Assembly (NCBI RefSeq): GCF_006345805.1
Contig: NC_043012.1
Location: 59,272,001-59,336,000, forward strand
Reading direction: 5' to 3'
Origin: Octopus sinensis
Taxonomy: Eukaryota
DNA: 64,000 nt
Numbering within the stretch: position 1 is the stretch's first letter; each line of letters opens with the position of its first letter. The translations under genes were made by a program, and so were the position numbers. This document shows, piece after piece, positions 1 to 13,372 of the stretch. The notes below the pieces were generated by a model that had not been told where the DNA came from, searched no databases, and saw only the letters and a program-made list of their open reading frames with translations.

Positions 1-367
1 TGATGGCGATGCGGCCGTGATGGTGGGATGGTGGACAGCAAAAGCGAAGTAGACAGAAAGCGATACGGTTCGTTAATTTAACGAATGTCAACTTTAATAT
101 TCCGTGCTGCAGATACGAATACTGATAAAGGGAACAGGAAAAAAAATTATCCTCTGAGTGTGTGTGCGTGTGTTTGCATGTGTGTGTTTGTGTGCGCGTG
201 TGTGTTTGTGTGTGTAAGTGTAAGTGTGTCTGTGTGTGTGTCTGTGTTTGTGTTTGTGTGTGTGTGTGTATGTATGTCTGCGTACGTCTGTGTGTGTGTT
301 TGTGTTTGTATGTGCGTGTATGAATGTCTGAGAGCATATATATTTATGTACTTATATGTGCGTATGA

Positions 368-427
<60 letters not shown>

Positions 428-428
428 A
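368..428 (+). repeat. (GATA)n microsatellite, between a (TG)n-rich tract (155-360) and a (TA)n tract (520-685)
   Basis: Direct reading of the tandem tetranucleotide; explains the spurious ORFs at 85-710. Confidence 0.95.
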
Positions 429-544
429 GAGAGGAGAGAGACAGACAGACAGAAAGTGAGAGAGAGGTGGGGATGCAGCGTGTCTATGTGTCTGCGTGAG
501 TTGTTTCTGTACGGATATATATGGGGTATATAATATATAATATA

Positions 545-600
<56 letters not shown>

Positions 601-1298
601 ACATATATATAATATATATTACATATACATATATATATATACATATACATATATATATATATATATACATATAATATATATATATTCATTTCTATAATTC
701 TGAAATGCAAAAATTTGTTTGTCTGGTTTTGGCATTGAGAACGGGTTAAAGGCCGCTAGATCCCGTCGGATTGACTTCGAAATTTACAGGGACATGTAAA
801 AGGAGGTGAGGATGCGAGTGGGCTAGGTTAGAGATCCCCATCTTAAAAGGTGTCGTTGCTAGGGCCAAAAACGCACACTTTGACAAGTCTACTCTCATTC
901 TTTTGTGTGTCTATCTTTCTCCATTTCTCTGTTTCCTCCCTTCCCATCACTTTCTCTCTATAACGTCGCTTGACAGCGTCTACTATCTTTCCCCTGCCGC
1001 CTTCGCAGCGCTGTCACTCTTTCTCTCTACGTCTGTGTGCATTCATAGAGAGAATTAGCATCGCCAACACAACCACACAATCATGAGAACAAATATTATG
1101 AATCAGATATTTATTGGGTTAATTTATATGTGTGTGTGTGTGTGTGTGCGTGTGTGTTCTGTATATGAATATGTATATATAATGTATACATAGAAAGTGT
1201 ATATATCTGTATTTATATATATGTATATATATATAATTTGTGTACATTAGTATATATAACGCATACACACACACGCATATATATATATTATATATATA

Positions 1299-1361
<63 letters not shown>

Positions 1362-2293
1362 GGTATATATGGTACATATATATATTTAATGCGTATATAT
1401 ATATATATATACAATGTGTGCATAATGTGGTCGTTTGGGCTGAAAATATGCACATCTATGTTAAAAGTGCCGGCGAGTTTGCATGGCAACTATTTCCTCA
1501 AATGAAAGGCGTGACCTCTAGGACAAAATTCCTCATCTTATAAAATGTGGCCCGAGTAGACCCGAATGAAATCGGGTTATATTAACCAAAATGTGAAAAA
1601 GGGTCTAAATGGGGCTGGAAGGAGATTAAAATTTACAGGAGCGGGTGCTTAGGAATTCTTTGTTAAATCAGGCTAAAAAGTTTGTGCCAGCCTTTAAATC
1701 GTCAATGTGTTACCGTCCATGATGAAGAAGTTTTGAATACTTTCAATGGTGAGTCTACTGTCGTGAGGAAAAATCACTTCAAAACTTGGTGTTTAGGAAT
1801 TTTCTTTTACGCCAAAATTTTACGCCAGCCGTTAAACTGCCACTACGTTGCTGTCCGTCGTTAAGAAATGCCAGCCATGGTGACTCTACTATCCTCAGAT
1901 TTTATCCCTTCAAACTTTGGTTTCCAATATTTTTTTTTATTCAGCTCGCAAGTTCGTCTGTCCCTTTTAAATGTTAGTGTTTTGCTGTCTGCCTTGAATC
2001 AGACCTTTCCGTTGACACTGCCTCATATTTATGATTGATCCATCAAAATATTTTCTTTCTCAACTAACTCAAGATCTTTTGTTGTTTATAAATGGGAGAC
2101 AGATAGAGAAAGATAGAGAGTAAGAGAAAGCGAAGGAGAGTCCGAGAGAAAGGAAGAGTAAGAGAGTGGGAAAGTGAGAGAGAGAGGAGAGAGAAACAAA
2201 GAGGGAGAACGTGGTGATAAAAAACAGAAAGGAAGCAACAGAAAGTAACAACCACACTCTTACCCGCGCGTAGGGCGGGTCACCTTAAGCTAG

Positions 2294-2327
<34 letters not shown>

Positions 2328-2522
2328 TATAATTTAGGGTATCTAAGAGATACCACCACGCTGGAAAGAGCAGCCAAAACTTGACTCTAAAACCACATTA
2401 AATGTTCATACAGCACCAGGAGGAAAGATAAAGGGACAAAATAATCTGGACCAAAAAGATTACTGGATAATTCCAGATCCCGGATTTCTGGCTCTGCATA
2501 AGAAATGCTCTGCCTTCATGAG

Positions 2523-2592
2523 TGGAATATACTGAGATAGCACATAAATATATATATATATCTGCACTTATGTGCTATCTCAGTATATTCCA
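2523..2592. repeat. Inverted repeat, 25-bp perfect arms
   Basis: tggaatatactgagatagcacataa (2523-2547) is the reverse complement of ttatgtgctatctcagtatattcca (2568-2592). Confidence 0.9.
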
Positions 2593-2841
2593 TTAGTCGT
2601 GTATAATATATATATATATATATATTATAATATATATATATATATAATATATACAAAATCAACTAATTAGGGTGAGAAAATTGGATAGTAATTTAATAAT
2701 CTGCATTTTTGTTATTTTTCTTTGCCCTGTTCGTTTGCGCTAGTAGTCCTGCTAACTTTCATCGGAAACAATTCTTTGTGGCTGAAACCTAGCAGATCTA
2801 TTTTTAGTGCTAGAGTCGACCACATAGTGGTTACTCTCTTA

Positions 2842-2881
<40 letters not shown>

Positions 2882-3076
2882 ACATACGAATACTTACATA
2901 TACGAACCTATACATACATATATATATGGTCAAAATACAACCCGCAGTGAATATAATGACGAAATAAATATATAAATGTATGTAAATAAGGATAAGATCG
3001 TTATTTAAATACCGATCTTATCAGGTGGCCTGCATGAGAATAAACACCTTCAAAAGTAATAATTATTATTATATAG

Positions 3077-3306
3077 GGCGGCGAGCTGGCAGAAACGTTA
3101 GCACGCCGGGCGAAATGCGTAGCCGTATTTCGTCTGCCGCTACGTTCTGAGTTCAAATTCCGCCGAGGTCGACTTTGCCTTTCATCCTTTAGGGGTCGAT
3201 AAATTAAGTACTAGTTACGCATTGGGGTCGATGTAATCGACTTAATCCCTCTGTCTGCCCTTGTTTGTCCCCTCTTTGTTTAGCCCCTTGTGGGTAATAA
3301 AGAAAC
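3077..3306 (+). mobile_element. tRNA-headed SINE, family A (ggcggcgagctggcagaaacgttagcacgccggg...)
   Basis: A-box-like ggcgagctggcag, B-box-like gagttcaaattcc, and more than 10 related copies in this window. Confidence 0.85.
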
Positions 3307-3320
3307 AATTATTATTAAAT

Positions 3321-3405
3321 TTATAATTTAGGGTATCTAAGAGAGTCAAGTTTTGCCTGCTATTTCCAGCGTGGTGGTATCTCTCAGATACCCAAAATTA
3401 TAACT
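3321..3405. repeat. Short fold-back element with 24-bp terminal inverted repeats
   Basis: ttataatttagggtatctaagaga ... tctctcagatacccaaaattataa; the interior is the reverse complement of about 2349-2386. Confidence 0.75.
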
Positions 3406-4239
3406 TTAATAATCCACTCATAAGGCTTTGGCCGGCCCGAAACTGTAGAAGAAGACATTTGCCAAGTTGCCATGTAGTGGAACTGAACCCGAAAATGTGA
3501 GTGATAAGCAAGCTACTTACCACACAGCCACTCTGTGCATGTGTGTCTGTGGTGCGCACATCTGTGTACGTTTTCGTATATGAGTGTGTATGAATGCAAA
3601 TATCTGTGTGGTCATAGGTATGTCAGTATACAGGTGTTCTTGTACGTGCATTTAACATTTATTATAAAGTCAGGCAGGGCAGGATCTAGTATCCATCATA
3701 TTTTACAGATTCCGGGACAGGTAGAAGGAGGGAAGGCAGGAAGAAAGACAGGAAGGACGGGAGGAAGAAAGAACGAACGAAAAAAAAGAACGAACGATCG
3801 AAGGAACGAAGGGAAGGAGAGAAAGAAGGAAGGAAGGAAGGAAGGAAAGAGAGAATGAAGACAAGAAGGAAAGAAATTAGGCATGAACGAACGAATGAAA
3901 ATAAAAGAACGTATCAACGAAGGAAAGAACGATTAAAAGAAAAAGGGGTGGAAGGATGGAAGGCAAAATGATCGTGGATGGGATTGGAACTCAGTCAGCA
4001 GAGTCTGAACAATTGTTTCATTGTATTTCATCCGTCGTGCAAGGGATTCTGCCATTTCGCTGCCTAATTGTTAGACGACATACGTGTTCGTATTTGTCGG
4101 GGCGTGTGGGTGCGTGCGTGTATGTGCTTGCCTGCGTGTGTATGCGCGCGTGTGTGTGCGTGCGTGTGTGTGCGTGCGTGCGTGAGTGACTATGCATATG
4201 TGTATTTGCGTGTGTATATGTACCTCTTCATCTATGTCA

Positions 4240-4297
4240 CCATCAGCACCACCACCGTCATGACCAACACCATCTTCCTCATCACCATCATCATCAA

Positions 4298-4333
<36 letters not shown>

Positions 4334-4545
4334 ACCTTCATCATCGTAATCATCACCATCATCATCGTCATCATCTTCATCATCACCATCATCATCATCG
4401 TAATCATCACCATCATCATCATCACCATCATCATCATTATACCTTCATCATCATCATCATCATCATTGTCATGATCATTACCATTACCTTCACCATCATC
4501 ATCTTCACCATCACCATAATCGTCGACGTCGTGGTCGTCGTCATC

Positions 4546-4577
<32 letters not shown>

Positions 4578-4583
4578 CATCAA

Positions 4584-4616
<33 letters not shown>

Positions 4617-4770
4617 ACCTTCATCATCGTAATCATCACCATCATCATCGTCATCATCGTCACCATCACCTTCATCATCATCTTCAGCATCATCCTATTC
4701 GTCGACGTCGTAGTCATCATCATCATCATCAACAGCATAATCGTCATCGTCGTCAGCAGCAGCAGCGTCG
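4240..4770 (+). repeat. Degenerate (CAT)n trinucleotide tract
   Basis: Direct reading. Confidence 0.95.
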
Positions 4771-4871
4771 TTGTTCGCATTGATGGAATCGTACACGACC
4801 TCAATTTTTTTCCATCCATTCAATCTTTCACAACTATGGGGAACCTTAGTCTAATAATACAGATGTGAGAA

Positions 4872-5165
4872 GGCGCATGGTTGAGTGGTTAGGGTCATTC
4901 GCCACACGATCGTAAGGTCGTCAGTTCGATTCTCGGCGACAAGTTGCGTCCTTGAACAAAACTCTTTATTTCATATTGCTCCAGTACACTCAGCTGGCAA
5001 AAATGAGTAGTACTTGTATTCCAAAGACCAGCTTTGTCACGCAGAATCGCCCTGAGAACTACGAACTACATTAAGAGTACACGTGACTGTGGAGTACGCA
5101 GTCACTTCCACTCTAATTTTGATAGGATTCACTAGAACCACTCGTCGAAACTGACGAAGTGACAG
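4872..5165 (+). mobile_element. tRNA-headed SINE, family D (CORE-SINE-like)
   Basis: ggcgcatggttgagtggttaggg head, gttcgattc B box, gtccttgaacaaaactcttt resembling the CORE domain; relatives at 38556, 49163 and 63224. Confidence 0.75.
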
Positions 5166-5712
5166 TTTTATATATGTGTATACATACATGTATTCATGTG
5201 TACACGTGTGTGTGTATTTATGTATAACTGAAAGTCGTGAACAGCAAAGCCTTGGGCGAAACACACCGAGGACTGCCATCTTCTAATATAATATGCATAT
5301 GTATTCATTTCACATAACTTGCTGTGTTCTCTGAAAGACTATGTTTGCAATATGTAAAATGATAAATTTTTAAACATGTACAATTTTTACATTGCAATGT
5401 ATGTACTTCTGTGCCCGTATATAAACATATATAACGTTTTAGAGTTACTTCTACAGACTTTCGATAGAAGTTATCACCAGCACTGACAGTTACTTGGTAG
5501 CATAGTATGGTGGCTTTACGAAATACAGTATCCCTACCAGCAATAACTATAAACAAGCACACACATACACACACACACACAATTATATTTATGTATATAC
5601 TTATAGATCAATAGGGATATTTGAGCGAGGACGATGTTAGATAGATAGATAGATAAATAGAAAGACACAGAGGGGTATATATATATATGTATATGTATAT
5701 ATATATATACAT

Positions 5713-5758
<46 letters not shown>

Positions 5759-5778
5759 TGATATATAGATTAATAGAC

Positions 5779-5851
<73 letters not shown>

Positions 5852-6279
5852 CAGAAGTAGAATGAGGAGAGAGAGAAAGAGAGAGTAACAGAGAGAAAAG
5901 AAGTTAACATGTAGATTATATTTATTCGTTGGAATCTGGTAATTCCTTCCGTCTCTACTCGGAGTTTCTCATTAATTGCGATCCTTCAGGCGACTAAAAG
6001 ACCAAACAGATTGGTTGGGGGATTCAGGAAATTAAGGCACGTCATATTATTGGATTTCCATTGGTTGGCTGTGGTCAGGTGACAAAGCAAAGCATGCGGC
6101 AATATATGGCTAACGGGATATTGGCGGGGTGGAGGGTAATAGTCGAGATACGTGTAGAAATGGTCAGCTTGACCCCTCCGCCTCAGCTTATGTGTCAATG
6201 TGAAAAATTAATATTCTATTGCCGGGGGCTATTATGGTAACAATGAGGCTTTCTGACATTGTATTGGGTTGGTGTTTGC

Positions 6280-6900
6280 AGGAGGAGGAGGTGGTGGTGG
6301 TTGTGGTGGAGGAGGAAGAAGAAGAGTAGGAAGAGGTGGAAGAGGAAGAGGAGGAAGAGGTAGAGGAGGAAGAGGAAAAGTAGAAAGAGGCAGAGGAGGA
6401 GGAGGGGGAGGAGGAGGAGGAGGAGGAGGAAAGGGGGAGGAATATAGTGGATTGCGTTGACCACCACCACTTCAGACGCTCGAGACGCTCTTGAAGAAGA
6501 AGAAGAAGAAGAAGAAGAAGAAGAAGAAAAAAAAAAAAAGAAGTGATGATGAGGAGGAGGATAAAAGAGAAATACGAGGGGCGGAGGACAAGACGAGGAG
6601 GGCAAGAGGGCAAGAGAAGGAGGCCAAGAGGAGGAAAGGAAGAGGGGATGGAGAGGAGGGGAAAGGAGGAGGGAAGAGAAGGAGGGGAAAGGAAGAGGAG
6701 GTTGGTGGCGATGGTGATGATGATGATAACGACGACGACGATAGTGGTGACGACTACGACGATGATGATGATGATGATGCTGATGAATTTGGTGTTGATG
6801 AGGATAACGAAAGAAACAAAAAAGATGGTGATGATGAAGAGAAGGAGGAAGAGGGGGAGGAGGAGGGCGGGGTGGAGGTGGAAGATAAAAGTTGAAAAAA
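6280..6900 (+). repeat. Purine-rich low-complexity tract of (GGA)n, (GAA)n and (GAT)n
   Basis: Direct reading; open in several frames on both strands, as expected for simple repeats. Confidence 0.85.
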
Positions 6901-7323
6901 AGAAAAAAAAGGAGCGATAAGAAAAGTAGCAATGGGACGAGGAAGGAAGCACGGGTGGGGGTGGAATCCGTGTGCATTTGTTGCAAAACGCATTCAATCA
7001 GAAAATACAAAAAAAAACTCTGAAGGTATTTCAATAATCTTGTCCTGTTATATTATAAATTTCTTATTGCTTTGCAACACGACATCCCACCCCTGTATCA
7101 ACCTCATTCCACCTCCACCCGATATCTGATCCCATATGGGTGAACCGCCAATAATTTAGCTCGAAAAATGAGAAATGCAAACTATACCGCCTTCTGAACC
7201 AAAAAAAGCAAAAATGCAAAAATGTATCCTGTAGAACACATACATACATACATACATATAAACACGCTCACACACGCACACAACACACATATACACATAT
7301 ATATGTATGTATATGCATATATA

Positions 7324-7368
<45 letters not shown>

Positions 7369-7372
7369 GTAT

Positions 7373-7406
<34 letters not shown>

Positions 7407-7407
7407 A

Positions 7408-7453
<46 letters not shown>

Positions 7454-7977
7454 TATATGTATGTATATGTATATATATATATATACATACATATATACAT
7501 GTATGTTCACACACACACACACAAATATGTATGAATGTATATAGAAGTATGATGCATAACGAAATATGCTCACATATGTTTGGTTGCGTACATAAATGCA
7601 AACGTACTATCGAGAGACAGATAGATAAATAGATACATAGACAGAGCGGAGAGAGAGAGAGAGAGAGAGTGAGGAGGGTTATACCACAACACACATATAT
7701 ATATATATATATACATACATACATACATACATAGACAGATAGACAATAAATGATAGAGAGGGAGAGAGAGAAAGCGATATACAGACAGTGAGATAGATAG
7801 ATAGTAGATAGATAGATAGATAGATAGATCGATAGTTAGATGGACATGTATATATGTGTATGTATATAATTATATATATATATAATATATATATTATAAA
7901 TATATTATATATATATAAATATAATATATAAATATATATATATATATATAACTATATATATATAACTATATATATAA

Positions 7978-8019
<42 letters not shown>

Positions 8020-8020
8020 C

Positions 8021-8051
<31 letters not shown>

Positions 8052-8067
8052 TATATATTATATATAT

Positions 8068-8098
<31 letters not shown>

Positions 8099-8153
8099 AC
8101 TATATATATGTATATATAAATAACAAAATATAAGCTATAATGTGTGTGTGTTG

Positions 8154-8194
<41 letters not shown>

Positions 8195-8838
8195 GACAGA
8201 CAAAATAGCACTTGCATTCCAATTGGAAAGTGACTGTGAGCAGCAAGTGCAAACACACGCGCGCACAAACACACACTGAAACAAACAAACACACACACAC
8301 CCATACACCCATACACACACAAACACACACACGCATATACACACAAACACACACACACACAAATGCATACACATATACAACCATACAAGTGCCCCCACCT
8401 CAGCCTTCCTAAAAAATATATCAACACAGCTTTGTTGAAACGGAAGGATATTTTGTTATAACTATTGTGGCGTTTACATTCTTTCTTCAATTTCTTTTTC
8501 TTACATATTACTGCAACATCACCAACAGATATCAATATATCGATAGGTGTTTTATTTTTTTTTTGGGGGGGGGAGTCATTGATTTTCGGGAAAGGGGGAG
8601 TAGTTTACTTTCTTCTTGTTTTTTGTTTTGCTTTCCTTTTTTTTTCGGTTTGTTTTGTTTTTAATTTCGTTGACTTCATTTTGTTTCTGTCTGTCATTTT
8701 TCTGTATTGCCGTTTTTGAAATACATTAGGATTTTATTGTTTCTTTTTTCAATGAGCATTATCTTCAACACCATAATCATCATCAACATCATCATCATCA
8801 TCATCATCACCATCATCATCATCACCATCATCATCATT

Positions 8839-8880
<42 letters not shown>

Positions 8881-9761
8881 TATCATCATTATCATCATCA
8901 TCATCATCATCATCACCATCATCATCATTATCATCATCATCATCATCATCATCATTACCATCAACAACAACAACTGCTTAATCATCATTATCAACAGCTT
9001 TCAACATCAATACCTCCAATGTTATCATTTTTATCATCATCCTTGTATTCTTCGTGTTATCGTCTTTATCATTAAAAGGTTGCAAAGAAAATATGCATTG
9101 AGGGAAACATTTTTTCCGGCTCTCTCGTTTCATTCACCCGGGGTGGTTAAAATAAGGTACCACTCAAGTATTGCGGTTGACTCTATTGAGTAAGACCCCG
9201 TCTTCACAACTGCCGACCTTGCACCTGTTTTAGAAAAATAGGTTATAAATGCGGCAATCTGGTAGAATATCTTAAAGCATCCGGGGTAAAAAAGATTTGT
9301 CGTATTTATACTGGTTTCTTACGATCTAAGTTCAAATCCCGCTGAGCTCAATTTTTGCCTTTCAATTTTCTACGATAGATAAATTAAATTACAAAGCAAG
9401 TACTGGGTCGATTTATATCAGCTAACACATTCTAAGACCTCTTGGTTTTCTGTTTAAAGTAGAACTAATAATTATAATTATAATCTTTTCTGCTCCAGGC
9501 AAAAATCCTGAAGTTTTTGGAGGAGTGGTTAGTGGATTACATCGACCCCTAGCCATCCACTAATAGCTACTGCATCGATCCAACCACAAGTTTGCAAAGT
9601 AGGGTCGGTCTCGATGAGATCTGAACACAATGTATAGTTGTAACAATTGCATCTAAGTATTTTCTCCAGCGAGCTAAAAATTCTATCAGTCATTATCATC
9701 ATGAATAAGATCATCATATTCTTTTCTACTCTAAGAACAAAGGCCAATTTTTTTTTGGGGG

Positions 9762-10316
9762 GGCAGTCGATTACTCGACCTCAGTGTGCTACTGGTACTT
9801 AATTTCTCGACCCCGAAAGGATGAAAGGCAAAGTCGAATTCAGAACGTAAAGACGGACGAAATACCGCTAAACATTTCACCCGGCGTGCTAACGTTTCTT
9901 ATTTCTTTATTGCCCTCAAGGGGCTAAACATAGAGGGTACAAACAAGGACAAACAAAGGGATGAAGTCGATTACATCGACCCTAGTGCGTAACTGGTACT
10001 TATTTAATCGCCCCCGAAAGGATGAAAGGCAAAGTCGACTTCAGCGGAATTTGAACTCAGAACGTAGCGGCAGATGAAATACCTATTTCTTTACTACCCA
10101 CAAGGGGCTAAATACCGAGAGGACAAACAAAGACAGACAAACGGATTAAGTCCATTATATCGACCCCAGTGCGTAACTGGTACTTATTTAATCGACCCCG
10201 AAAGGATGAAAGGCAAAGTCGACTTCAGCGGGATTTGAACTCACAACGTAACGACAGACGAAATACGACTACGCATTTCACCTGGCATGCTAACCTTTCC
10301 TGCCAGCTTGCCACCT
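9762..10316 (-). mobile_element. Family A SINE head-to-tail array (3 units)
   Basis: The unit gtcgactttgcctttcatcctttcggggtcga recurs three times on the minus strand; a single head at about 10316. Confidence 0.85.
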
Positions 10317-10327
10317 AACGACAGAAA

Positions 10328-10545
10328 AGGTGGCAACCTAGCAGAATTGTTGGCACGCCGGGTGAAGTGCATAGCGGCATTTCGCTCGTCTTTACGTTTC
10401 TGAGTTCAAACCCTGCTGAAGTCGACTATACCTTTTATCCTTTCAAGGTCGATATATTAAAAGCAGTAGTGCGCTTGGATAGATGTCATCGACTTACCCC
10501 CTCCTTCAAAACTGCTCGCCTTGAGCCAAAATTTGAAACCTACTG
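10328..10545 (+). mobile_element. Family A SINE, diverged, head-to-head with the preceding array
   Basis: aggtggcaacctagcagaattgttggcacgccggg...gagttcaaaccc...gtcgactataccttttatcc. Confidence 0.75.
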
Positions 10546-10966
10546 TATAATTAAGGAAATATATATTTCTTGTTACATCTCATCACCGTTCTCAACCTTT
10601 TGTTTTCCATTCCGCAAGAGGTTACTACAAACATGCACGCATTATTTTTTGTATATTGAAACCAATACTATCTTTCTCCAATTTTTTGTCATTTACTTCT
10701 CGAAGTCATTGAACTGCAGCCATGGTGGGGCACCGTTTTGGGAATTTTAGTTGAAAGAATCAACAGAAGTGCTTACATTTTTTCAAAAGTCTGATATTTA
10801 TTCTAACGGTCTTTTGCCAAGTCGATAAGTTACGGGGAGGCTAAGTAACGGGGACGTAAACACACTAACATTCGATTGTCAAGCGGTGATGAGGGAAAAC
10901 TCAGATAAAGACACACACGTACACACACACACACACATACATATATATATAATATATATATATATA

Positions 10967-11132
10967 ATAGAAAATAGTAAAATGTGAAAAAACTACAGAA
11001 GGCTTGTTTTAAAAGGTTAGAAATATTTTGAGTCATTATGTCTGAAGAATGTTATAAATTTTTTTCATACAATGACATAGTTTTTGAAGAAAAAAGCCTT
11101 CTGTAGTCTTTTCACTTTTTACTATTTTCTAT
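10967..11132. repeat. Fold-back element with 39-bp inverted arms
   Basis: 10967-11005 and 11094-11132 are reverse complements at 37 of 39 positions; flanked by (TA)n. Confidence 0.85.
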
Positions 11133-11171
11133 ATATTCAACCACGTGCTTTCACACACCAACTTTCTCACC

Positions 11172-11286
<115 letters not shown>

Positions 11287-11299
11287 GTATGTGTGTGGA

Positions 11300-11661
11300 G
11301 GCGCAATGGCCCAGTGGTTAGGGCAGCGGACTCGCGGTTTCGATTCCCAGACCGGGCGTTGTGAGTGTTTTGAGCGAAAACACCTAAAGCTCCACGCAGC
11401 TCCGGCAGGGGATGGTGGTGATCCTGCTGTAATCTTTCTCCACAACTTTCTCTCACTCTTACTTCTTGTTTCTGTTGTACCTGTATTTCAAAGGCCCGGC
11501 CTTGTCACTCTCTGTGTCACACTGAATATCCCCGAGAACTACGTTAAGGGTACACGTGTCTGTGGAGTGCTCAGCTACTTACACGTTAATTTCACGAGCA
11601 GGCTGTTCCGTTGATTCGGATCAACCGGAACCCTCGTCGTCGTAACCGACGGAGTGCTTCC
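11300..11661 (+). mobile_element. tRNA-headed SINE, family C, with the same 3' tail as family D
   Basis: ggcgcaatggcccagtggttagggcagcggactcgcgg head; tail accctcgtcgtcgtaaccgacggagtgc also found (reverse strand) at 49163-49200. Confidence 0.8.
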
Positions 11662-11664
11662 ATT

Positions 11665-11710
<46 letters not shown>

Positions 11711-11962
11711 GACTGTCTTTCAGTTTGCGTCTACCAAATCTACTCACAAGGCATTGATATGAAACAATGAAAATGTGCACTCAACACTGGATAAAAATTC
11801 TATTCTATAGCTTAAAGCCACCATTGGCTTCGTGTTAAGAGAAATCCCATGCGGTAAGCTTGATAATTGTTAAGGAATTTCTCTTAATATTGAACCAATG
11901 GTAGCCATAATTCTTAAAGTGTATATGCGCATGTATATGAGTATATATATGTATGTATGTAT

Positions 11963-12019
<57 letters not shown>

Positions 12020-12168
12020 ATATATACAGAGAGAGAGAGAGAGGGGATATTATATTCTCAAACAGGATAATTCTAATATAGCATGAACAGGATAAACTAT
12101 CCATATTTTGCCGAAAAATCTGTCGGAGGCCAGCTATGAGACTCGAACTCACATCCCTGTGATTACAC

Positions 12169-12496
12169 GTAAACATTATTTGTCAACATAACGTGGCAAA
12201 CCTGGTTTAAGACGAATGTTACTATTATTTAGCCCCAGGAAAATCGTCTCCAGCTGGCTACACAACACACTGTCTGTGTCCTTATATCTTCGAACAAGCG
12301 AATTTAGTAACCCCACTCAGCACAAAACAATATCTGTGTAACGTGATTTCTGGGTTATTTCCTTTCATCGGCACAGAATAACTGTTCGGTTTGAGGTGAC
12401 ATGTAACCAGCTTGATACGATACTTCCTAGGGCTAAATAACAGTAACATACGTCCTAAACCAGGAATACCTCGTTATGCTGGCAAATAATCTTTAC
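12169..12496. mobile_element. MITE-like element with ~90-bp imperfect terminal inverted repeats
   Basis: attatttgtcaacataacgtggcaaacctggtttaagacgaatgttactattatttagccccaggaa (12175-12241) pairs with 12424-12490, and pairing continues inward; no clear target-site duplication. Confidence 0.7.
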
Positions 12497-12547
12497 TCTA
12501 GTACTGTTACTGAATGTCTCTAATTGAGAGATTTAAAAATAGAAATG

Positions 12548-12588
<41 letters not shown>

Positions 12589-12757
12589 CACTTCTATACA
12601 CCACTTTACTCGAATAATGGTACTGCAACTTCAATGCTTTATATTTTACTTCTACTTTCATTCTCTTATTTCCCTCTATATACCCTATCTCCTTTTTTTC
12701 CACAATAATTCCATATTTCGAACTCAAACATTTATTTCTATTTAACCACGTTACATC

Positions 12758-12805
12758 GTCTCTGATGAAGAGATATCCATAATAACCCAGAAACAGCTGT
12801 AAGAC
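12758..12805 (+). ncRNA. Minimal Type I hammerhead ribozyme motif (stem II degenerate) in a Penelope-like pLTR-type repeat
   Basis: gtct-CTGATGA-agagatatccataataaccca-GAAA-c-agct-g-TA-agac: stem I gtct/agac, palindromic stem III acagctgt, GUA triplet. Confidence 0.6.
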
Positions 12806-12894
12806 TATATCTATATCTCTTCCTTTATAAGTGTCCTGAAAACACCTCACAGCTTTGGCTACGTTATCTCCTTTTGTCTAATATATATACATAC

Positions 12895-12925
<31 letters not shown>

Positions 12926-13313
12926 ATATATATAATATATATATTATGTTGCATGCACTTACGTTTATGTACGTCCCGTGTTTAGGTGTGTGTATGCGCA
13001 AGCGAGCATGTTCAGTGGTTAAGTGTAAACATGACTATAGCTATGTCTGTGTGTCCCCTATACGCTCAGACTGAAGATTGCATGGAAATGTCTCGAAAAC
13101 ATATTCAAATTATTTCATTTTATCATTTTAATACTTGTTAGCTTTTTTATATTTTCATGTTTTTGTTATCGTTTTTTTAGATTTTTATATATTTTTATTT
13201 GCTTCATCTATTTTTTATGTGTTTTTGTGGCTATATTTTTGTTATATTACATTTTGTAATTTAACATGATACTTCATAATTTACACACACGCACACGCGC
13301 ATAGACACAAGCA

Positions 13314-13372
<59 letters not shown>

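Noticed and set aside
85-710. ORFs rich in CV, YI, IYLS, HT (and the many similar ORFs across the window)
   Set aside because: They are translations of (TG)n, (TA)n, (GATA)n and (CA)n microsatellites, with no domain content.
2725-2780. Minus-strand CCGATGA...gttag/ctagc...GCAAAC
   Set aside because: Two core deviations and no stems I or III; too degenerate to call.
6188-7034. Long Gly/Lys/Asp/Glu-rich and Ser/Pro/His-rich ORFs on both strands
   Set aside because: Simple purine-rich repeats stay open in several frames; no splice or family evidence.
9762-10316. Regularly spaced conserved repeats suggesting a CRISPR array
   Set aside because: Eukaryotic context, and the whole ~180-bp unit is homologous, so there are no unique spacers.
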